Assembly: GCA_038240295.1 (NCBI GenBank)
Contig: JBBSDW010000002.1
Location: forward strand, 1,513-65,512
DNA from: Candidatus Kapaibacterium sp.
GTDB taxonomy: Bacteria; Bacteroidota; Ignavibacteria; Palsa-1295
DNA: 64,000 nt
Direction of reading: 5' to 3'
Within the stretch, counting starts at the first letter, position 1. Each line of letters starts with the position of its first letter. Both the position numbers and the translations under genes were made by a program. A model generated the notes under the pieces. That model did no database searches. It saw nothing but the letters and a program-made list of their open reading frames with translations, and had not been told where the DNA came from. Of the stretch, positions 59,311 through 64,000 are shown in pieces.

Positions 59311-59552
59311 ACGAACGCAGCGCGAGTCTCGGTTTGCGCTGCTTTCCCTAACGAAGTGCGAGCCTGAGGCTCGCGCTTGTTCTTTGCCACGTTTGTGTGG
59401 TCGACGCAGGGCAAGATCCTTCAGGCACGGTAGGATTTTACAAGACCAACGATCGAGTTTTGCCTTCAGGATGACTTGTTTAAATCTGTTGGGTAATTTT
59501 TTAGAGTCGTGCGTTGGTAAACGAATCGCAAGCTGAAGCTCGCGATTCGTTT
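59311..59552. repeat. Copy B of the ~200-bp intergenic repeat element with terminal inverted repeats
   Basis: TIR-L ACGAACGCAGCGCGAGTCTCGGTTTGCG (59311-59338) against TIR-R ACGAATCGCAAGCTGAAGCTCGCGATTCGTTT (59521-59552). An extra perfect palindrome GCGAGCCTGAGGCTCGC is present. The core (GCAAGATCCTTCAGGCACGG...TGCCTTCAGGATGAC..TAAATCTGTTGGGTAATTTTTTAGAG) is about 80% identical to copy A. Confidence 0.75.
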
Positions 59553-59565
59553 GTGGGTCTGTGCG

Positions 59566-59850
59566 CTACAGTTTCTTTGTTTGGGCGCTGGCGAGGGCCT
59601 GGATGAAGTCTTCTTTTGAGACATCGATCATCTCGACTACTCGTCCGAAGACGAGGGCGGTTGGTACGTGTCGGTCACCGTATTCTTCACGAAGCCGATA
59701 GAGAACGAAAAGGATCGTTCGTTCGAGTTCTGTGAGTCCGTCGCGCACGTCGGGGATCGTCATGTGCGGCGGATACTGTGTGAATGGCGCGCTGTTTCGG
59801 CGTTTGGTCATCAATATAGCTTCGGCTGGTAAGTGAACATGCGAGAGCAA
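59566..59850 (-). CDS. Hypothetical small protein, possibly a wHTH regulator
   Basis: 81-94 aa. The segment LTELERTILFVLYRLREEYGDRHVPTALVFGRVVEM is helix-turn-helix-like. Function unknown. Confidence 0.4.
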   Translation of the reverse strand: MLSHVHLPAEAILMTKRRNSAPFTQYPPHMTIPDVRDGLTELERTILFVLYRLREEYGDRHVPTALVFGRVVEMIDVSKEDFIQALASAQTKKL

Positions 59851-59894
59851 TAAGTTAATTGCACCGTTTCGATTGACTGGCTGTTAAGCGTGAC

Positions 59895-60647
59895 ATGCCA
59901 CGTCAGATCAAGCATTCGCAACGTTCGCCGCCCCCCTTCAATCCGAGGATCCTCTATGTCGTTGGGACGCTTGTGATCCTGATCGTACTCGTAATTTTCG
60001 CAACCCGGTTTTCGAAAGGACCGACGATTGCCACCTCGGAAGAAAATGTCGTACCGAGAATGCTCGCCGGCGTTCCTCCGGAGGGTATCGGCGGCGATCC
60101 TTATCTGAACATCCAGAAAAATCGGATGTCCCTCCCTAAGAAATTCGAGGAGTATTCCGTTGAGCAGATGATCGGGTTGCGGCATATCATTCTTGATGGA
60201 CAGGGCAGGCAGTTACGAAAGAACTGGACGCTCGAAGCATCGCGCTACCTGGAAAGCATGGAGTCGATCGGCGCACGACTCACCGGCTATCTGATCTACG
60301 CCAAAGAATCGGGCCCGGAAAGCTGCAACGGGCATAGTGACTCGTTACGCGATTATCACATCTGGATCGGTGCGACCGCCGATGCCGATAAGGATCATTC
60401 GGTCATCGTAGAAATGACCCCGCGATGGAAGTCGATTCATCCCGAGTGGCGTTTGCGATTTCTTGAGTCGCTTGCTCGCGAACATGCAAAGGTTCGCGTA
60501 GAAGGCTGGCTCCTGTGGGACGAAGAGCACGCGAACGAAGTCGACAAAAGCCGTGGCACACAATGGGAAGTGCATCCCGTAACAAGTTTCGAAGTATTTA
60601 CGAATAACAGCTGGCGCGCACTCAGCGGCGATTATGCCGCGCAGTAG
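59895..60647 (+). CDS. Hypothetical membrane-anchored protein with an N-terminal TM helix
   Basis: Signal-anchor ILYVVGTLVILIVLVIFA followed by a ~200-aa soluble domain with conserved-looking His/Cys residues (CNGHSD...DYHIWIGATADADKDHS). Confidence 0.5.
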   Translation: MPRQIKHSQRSPPPFNPRILYVVGTLVILIVLVIFATRFSKGPTIATSEENVVPRMLAGVPPEGIGGDPYLNIQKNRMSLPKKFEEYSVEQMIGLRHIILDGQGRQLRKNWTLEASRYLESMESIGARLTGYLIYAKESGPESCNGHSDSLRDYHIWIGATADADKDHSVIVEMTPRWKSIHPEWRLRFLESLAREHAKVRVEGWLLWDEEHANEVDKSRGTQWEVHPVTSFEVFTNNSWRALSGDYAAQ

Positions 60648-60696
60648 CACTCGCCAGTGCTTTTTCACATCATCATTCATTCGTTGTTTTTTTACT

Positions 60697-61326
60697 ATGA
60701 GAATCCGAACGTTCGCACCCGTTGTGTTTCTCGCATTGCTCGCATTCTCGGTTCAGGCACATGCGCAAGGAACTCCTGCGCCAGAGCGGAGTCCGATGAA
60801 AATGCACCTCGATTCTTTGCATCATGTGCCTGGCAGATCGATGATGAATCGTGGAGCCATGATGAAGTCGTACGCCGATAGTACGGACTTTAACGCCGCC
60901 TTCGAAACGACGTATCAATTGTTAAAGCCAAAGGAATCGATGAAGGCGCGAGCGGCCCATCAGTTCGCGCTGCTCTATCCACGATATAAAAATCGTGGGG
61001 TCGATTCGCTCTCGGCGTGGAAGGCGATCGCAAAGTCACTGGACACCACGCACGACAGGCAGGTCCTTTTTCAGACCTATCGGACGATCTTTAACGCGGA
61101 AGAACTTCGCTCGTATAACGCCTTTATCAAAACCGCTGCTGGAAAAAAGATGTATGATGCGCAAATGCGTCTGGTCGCGACTTCGAACGAGATGCAGGGC
61201 TACGTTTCGCGAATGGTCATGAGTACGATTATGCCGATGGCCAAGGCCGGCGACCCGCCGGCACCGCACCATGCGCCAATGCCTCCGGCCGTGACGAATC
61301 CGCCTACCGACGCTACCACGCATTAA
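60697..61326 (+). CDS. Secreted DUF2059-like hypothetical protein
   Basis: Signal peptide MRIRTFAPVVFLALLAFSVQAHAQ. Helical repeat body. Pro-rich C-terminus. Confidence 0.5.
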   Translation: MRIRTFAPVVFLALLAFSVQAHAQGTPAPERSPMKMHLDSLHHVPGRSMMNRGAMMKSYADSTDFNAAFETTYQLLKPKESMKARAAHQFALLYPRYKNRGVDSLSAWKAIAKSLDTTHDRQVLFQTYRTIFNAEELRSYNAFIKTAAGKKMYDAQMRLVATSNEMQGYVSRMVMSTIMPMAKAGDPPAPHHAPMPPAVTNPPTDATTH

Positions 61327-61351
61327 GCGATTGATCACCAACTAATTCATT

Positions 61352-62197
61352 GTGGCGAGTACATCGGCCCACTCGATCGGTGTTTTTGATTCAGGCATTG
61401 GCGGCCTGACGGTCGTCAAAGAACTCTTCGCGACCGTTCCGAAAGAGCGCATCGTCTATTTTGGCGATACCGCTCGCGTGCCCTATGGTACGAAGTCGGT
61501 CGAGACAGTGCAGCGCTATGCGCGCGAGGATACGGAGTTGCTGCTTTCGCATGATGTTCGGTTGCTCGTGATCGCGTGCAATACGGTTAGCGCGATCGCG
61601 ATGAATGAAGTCCTGCATGTGGCGGATGGAATTCCTGTCATCGGAATGATCGAGCCTGCGGCGCATGAAGCGGCGAGCGCATCGAGTATGGGTCGCATCG
61701 GGATTATCGGTACCGAAGCGACGATTGCGAGTGGTGCGTATGAAAGAGCATTGAAAAAAGAAAGCGAGCGCCTCGAGCGCGAGATTCAAACATTCGCCGC
61801 CGCATGTCCGCTCTTCGTGCCACTTGCCGAGGAAGGCTGGACCGATCATGCTGCCACCGAGCTTATCGCCCGCGAATATCTCGCGCCGCTCATCGCCGAA
61901 AACATCGACACACTCATTCTTGGATGCACACACTATCCCGTGCTTGACACGGTGATACAGCGAGTGATGGGGCCCGAGGTGACATTGATCAACTCCGGAG
62001 AAGTTGCTGCGCGAGAAGTAAAGAAATGGATCGATGCCAGCAACCAAAAAGGGCCAGAGCCCGATCACTTGATGCTCGTAAGCGATCTCCCCCGCAAATT
62101 CCAGCGCATCGGCGAGCGATTTCTTGGAAGAGCGCTCCCGGAAGTGCGACAGGTGGTTTTCAAGGAATCGTGGGTGATACGCAGGGAGCAGTTGTAG
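61352..62197 (+). CDS. murI: Glutamate racemase
   Basis: IGVFDSGIGGLTV, YFGDTARVPYG, VIACNTVSA and GCTHYP motifs with the catalytic Cys pair. GTG start. Confidence 0.9.
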   Translation: MASTSAHSIGVFDSGIGGLTVVKELFATVPKERIVYFGDTARVPYGTKSVETVQRYAREDTELLLSHDVRLLVIACNTVSAIAMNEVLHVADGIPVIGMIEPAAHEAASASSMGRIGIIGTEATIASGAYERALKKESERLEREIQTFAAACPLFVPLAEEGWTDHAATELIAREYLAPLIAENIDTLILGCTHYPVLDTVIQRVMGPEVTLINSGEVAAREVKKWIDASNQKGPEPDHLMLVSDLPRKFQRIGERFLGRALPEVRQVVFKESWVIRREQL

Positions 62198-62199
62198 GG

Positions 62200-62572
62200 G
62201 TCGGTTGTCCTTCGTTCGGTGTCCGGTGTCGGGTGTCCTTCGTCCGGAGTCCGCGATCCGGTGTCCGGGTGGGAGGTCAGATATAGCTCACTCCTTTTAT
62301 AATGGGAATTCTCCTAATGAGTCGTTCTGAAATGGAGCACGTTGGATCGAAGATTGTTCGAGCGGAGTGAAGAATCCTGGCTTTCGGACTGCATTGATGC
62401 GATCGAAGAGTAAGATCCTTCAGCCGCCGAAGATCGAGGCGAAGCAACGATCGTACAGCGGCTTCAGGATGACGCAGAAGACAGATTCAGTTCCGTAGTC
62501 GGAGTACCCCACCCACGGATACCGGACACCGGACACCGGATACCGGACACCGGACACCCGATACCTGACACC
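62200..62572. repeat. Inverted arrays of CCGGACAC/GGTGTCCG octamer tandem repeats flanking copy C (core hairpin only) of the intergenic element
   Basis: Left arm 62200-62272 (GGTGTCCGGTGTCGGGTGTCC...CCGGTGTCCGGG). Right arm 62508-62572 (GGATACCGGACACCGGACACCGGATACCGGACACCGGACACCCGATACC) is its reverse complement. The core 62411-62473 is GTAAGATCCTTCAGCCGCC...GGCGGCTTCAGGATGAC. Confidence 0.8.
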
Positions 62573-62623
62573 CAGCCCCGCCGTCCGTATATTGCACCTC
62601 TTACATCATCTCATTCGCCTGTT

Positions 62624-63646
62624 ATGAACTTTCAATCAGTCGGTGGCCTCGCGATCTTTATCGTGATCGCCGGTTTTTTCTTTCTGCTGTTCTTTCTTTA
62701 TTTCGTACCGCTCGGACTTTGGATCACTGCGCTTAGCTCGGGCGTTCGCGTTCGGATCTTTAGCGATCTCTTCGGAATGCGTTTGCGCAAAGTGCCGCCC
62801 GATGTGATCGTTCGCGCAGCCATCACCGCGCAAAAGGCTGGCATCCCTGTTGACATTTCCAAACTGGAAGCGCATTATCTCGCCGGTGGAAACGTGCCGC
62901 GCGTTGTTAACGCGCTCATCAGCGCGAGCAAGGCGAATATTGATCTCGATTTCAATCGCGCAACCGCTATCGATCTTGCAGGACGCGACGTGCTCGAAGC
63001 AGTCAAGCTTTCGGTCAACCCGAAAGTCATTGAAACGCCTGCGGTGCCGGCAGTTGCGAAGAATGGAATTCAGGTACGTGCGGTCGCACGAGTAACCGTT
63101 CGTGCGAACATCGATCGGCTTGTCGGCGGCGCCGGCGAAGCGACGATTCTTGCGCGTGTAGGTGAGGGTATTGTTACGACGATCGGTTCTTCGGAATCGC
63201 ACAAGGAAGTGCTCGAGCGTCCGGATCGTATTTCGAAAGTTGTGCTCGACAAAGGTCTCGACGCTGGCACTGCATTTGAAATTCTTTCGATCGACATTGC
63301 CGACGTATTCATCGGCGAGAACATCGGTGCCAAACTTCAATCGGATCAAGCCGAGGCCGAACTCAAGATCGGACGTTCGCGCGCAGAAGAACGCCGCGCG
63401 GCCGCAGTTGCATTCGAGCAGGAAATGAAAGCTCGCGTGCAGGAAATGAAAGCGAAGGTCGTTGAAGCCGAAGCGCAGGTGCCGCTTGCGATCGCCGAAG
63501 CATTCCGAAGCGGAAAACTTGGCGTGATGGATTATTACAACATGCAGAACATCCAGGCGGATACCGGTATGCGCCGCTCGATCGCCGAAGGCAATGGGCC
63601 GGGCGGTTCGGGCAATGATCCATCGGGACCACTCATTCAAAATTAA
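62624..63646 (+). CDS. floA: Flotillin-like protein FloA (YqfA/UPF0365 family)
   Basis: N-terminal membrane hairpin followed by an SPFH-like body ([13 protein letters not shown]...[30 protein letters not shown]...[30 protein letters not shown]) and a coiled-coil tail. Confidence 0.85.
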   Translation: MNFQSVGGLAIFIVIAGFFFLLFFLYFVPLGLWITALSSGVRVRIFSDLFGMRLRKVPPDVIVRAAITAQKAGIPVDISKLEAHYLAGGNVPRVVNALISASKANIDLDFNRATAIDLAGRDVLEAVKLSVNPKVIETPAVPAVAKNGIQVRAVARVTVRANIDRLVGGAGEATILARVGEGIVTTIGSSESHKEVLERPDRISKVVLDKGLDAGTAFEILSIDIADVFIGENIGAKLQSDQAEAELKIGRSRAEERRAAAVAFEQEMKARVQEMKAKVVEAEAQVPLAIAEAFRSGKLGVMDYYNMQNIQADTGMRRSIAEGNGPGGSGNDPSGPLIQN

Positions 63647-63653
63647 TTAGCCG

Positions 63654-64000
63654 TTGTTGATACGTAGTATTTCAGGACTTCGAGGGACCGTCGGAATTGA
63701 TAATGACGGTCTCTCCGCAGAAGTCCTTTCCCGTTACGCACTCGCATTCGCTGAACTGATCGGCAACCGAGGCACGATCGCGCTTGGCTACGATGGCCGC
63801 CAGGGCGGGAGTGTGTTCTATGAACTTGCGATAGCAGCACTACGCACAACCGGCTGTGATGTGCTCGCGCTTGGAATGGTCCCGACACCCACAGTTCAGA
63901 TGGCTGCCGAGCACGGCGATGGAGTAGTCGGCGGATTAGCGATCACCGCAAGCCACAATCCGGGCGAATGGAATGGGATGAAGTTCATCGCAACGACCGG
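63654..64000 (+). CDS. Phosphoglucomutase/phosphomannomutase-family protein; partial, continues beyond the window
   Basis: TTG start frame reads LIRSISGLRGTVGIDN...GYDGRQGG...ITASHNPGEWNGMKF, with the phosphoserine-loop motif TASHNP. The ORF has no stop within the window. Confidence 0.75.
   Translation, partial: MLIRSISGLRGTVGIDNDGLSAEVLSRYALAFAELIGNRGTIALGYDGRQGGSVFYELAIAALRTTGCDVLALGMVPTPTVQMAAEHGDGVVGGLAITASHNPGEWNGMKFIATT

Overview
This 64-kb window reads as chromosomal DNA from an FCB-superphylum bacterium, roughly 57% GC by eye. The placement rests on at least six proteins ending in a type-IX-secretion (T9SS) C-terminal sorting domain, a caa3-type cytochrome oxidase, and a Bacteroides-like rubrerythrin/Fe-S oxidoreductase/DUF3501/Fur cluster. 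The most plausible source is Bacteroidota, Rhodothermota or the Chlorobi-Ignavibacteria group.

Most of the window is housekeeping. Confident calls include cysS, dnaB, a DEAD-box helicase, hflX, nusB, secG, aspartate kinase, birA, coaX, murI, floA, a partial phosphohexomutase, coxC/coxD, trmH, and one tRNA-Glu(CUC) on the minus strand.

The non-routine content is:
1. A low-GC islet of about 2.9 kb (31.58-34.47 kb) bounded by a 10-bp direct repeat. It carries an HNH (PF13391-like) nuclease gene diverging from a two-gene operon for a small winged-helix protein and a HEPN-like protein with an R-x4-H-G motif. I read this as a candidate defence or toxin module.
2. An ECF sigma/anti-sigma operon (7.9-12.9 kb) in which the anti-sigma factor has a cytoplasmic N-domain, one transmembrane helix, a ~250-aa disordered Ser/Asn/Ala-rich linker and a C-terminal domain that looks like an outer-membrane beta-barrel ending in Phe. 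It is followed by a BNR-repeat lipoprotein and a hydrolase.
3. A split methionine-synthase-like gene (17.0-19.3 kb) encoding only the B12-binding and AdoMet-activation domains, with a DinB/YfiT-like four-helix-bundle domain inserted between them.
4. A family of roughly 200-bp intergenic elements in four copies (two full, one core hairpin only, one 17-nt fragment) with imperfect terminal inverted repeats. An internal hairpin keeps its flanks but changes its stem with compensating substitutions in each copy, which fits a MITE-like element or a structured small RNA.
5. Two loci (16.56-16.89 kb and 62.20-62.57 kb) where short tandem repeats lie in inverted orientation around a ~200-bp core, plus a 13-mer (CGTCCCACGCGAG) that recurs in two unrelated intergenic regions.

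No CRISPR array, integrase or transposase gene was seen. A handful of start positions were shifted from the six-frame track to the first Met that follows a plausible signal peptide or matches a conserved N-terminus.
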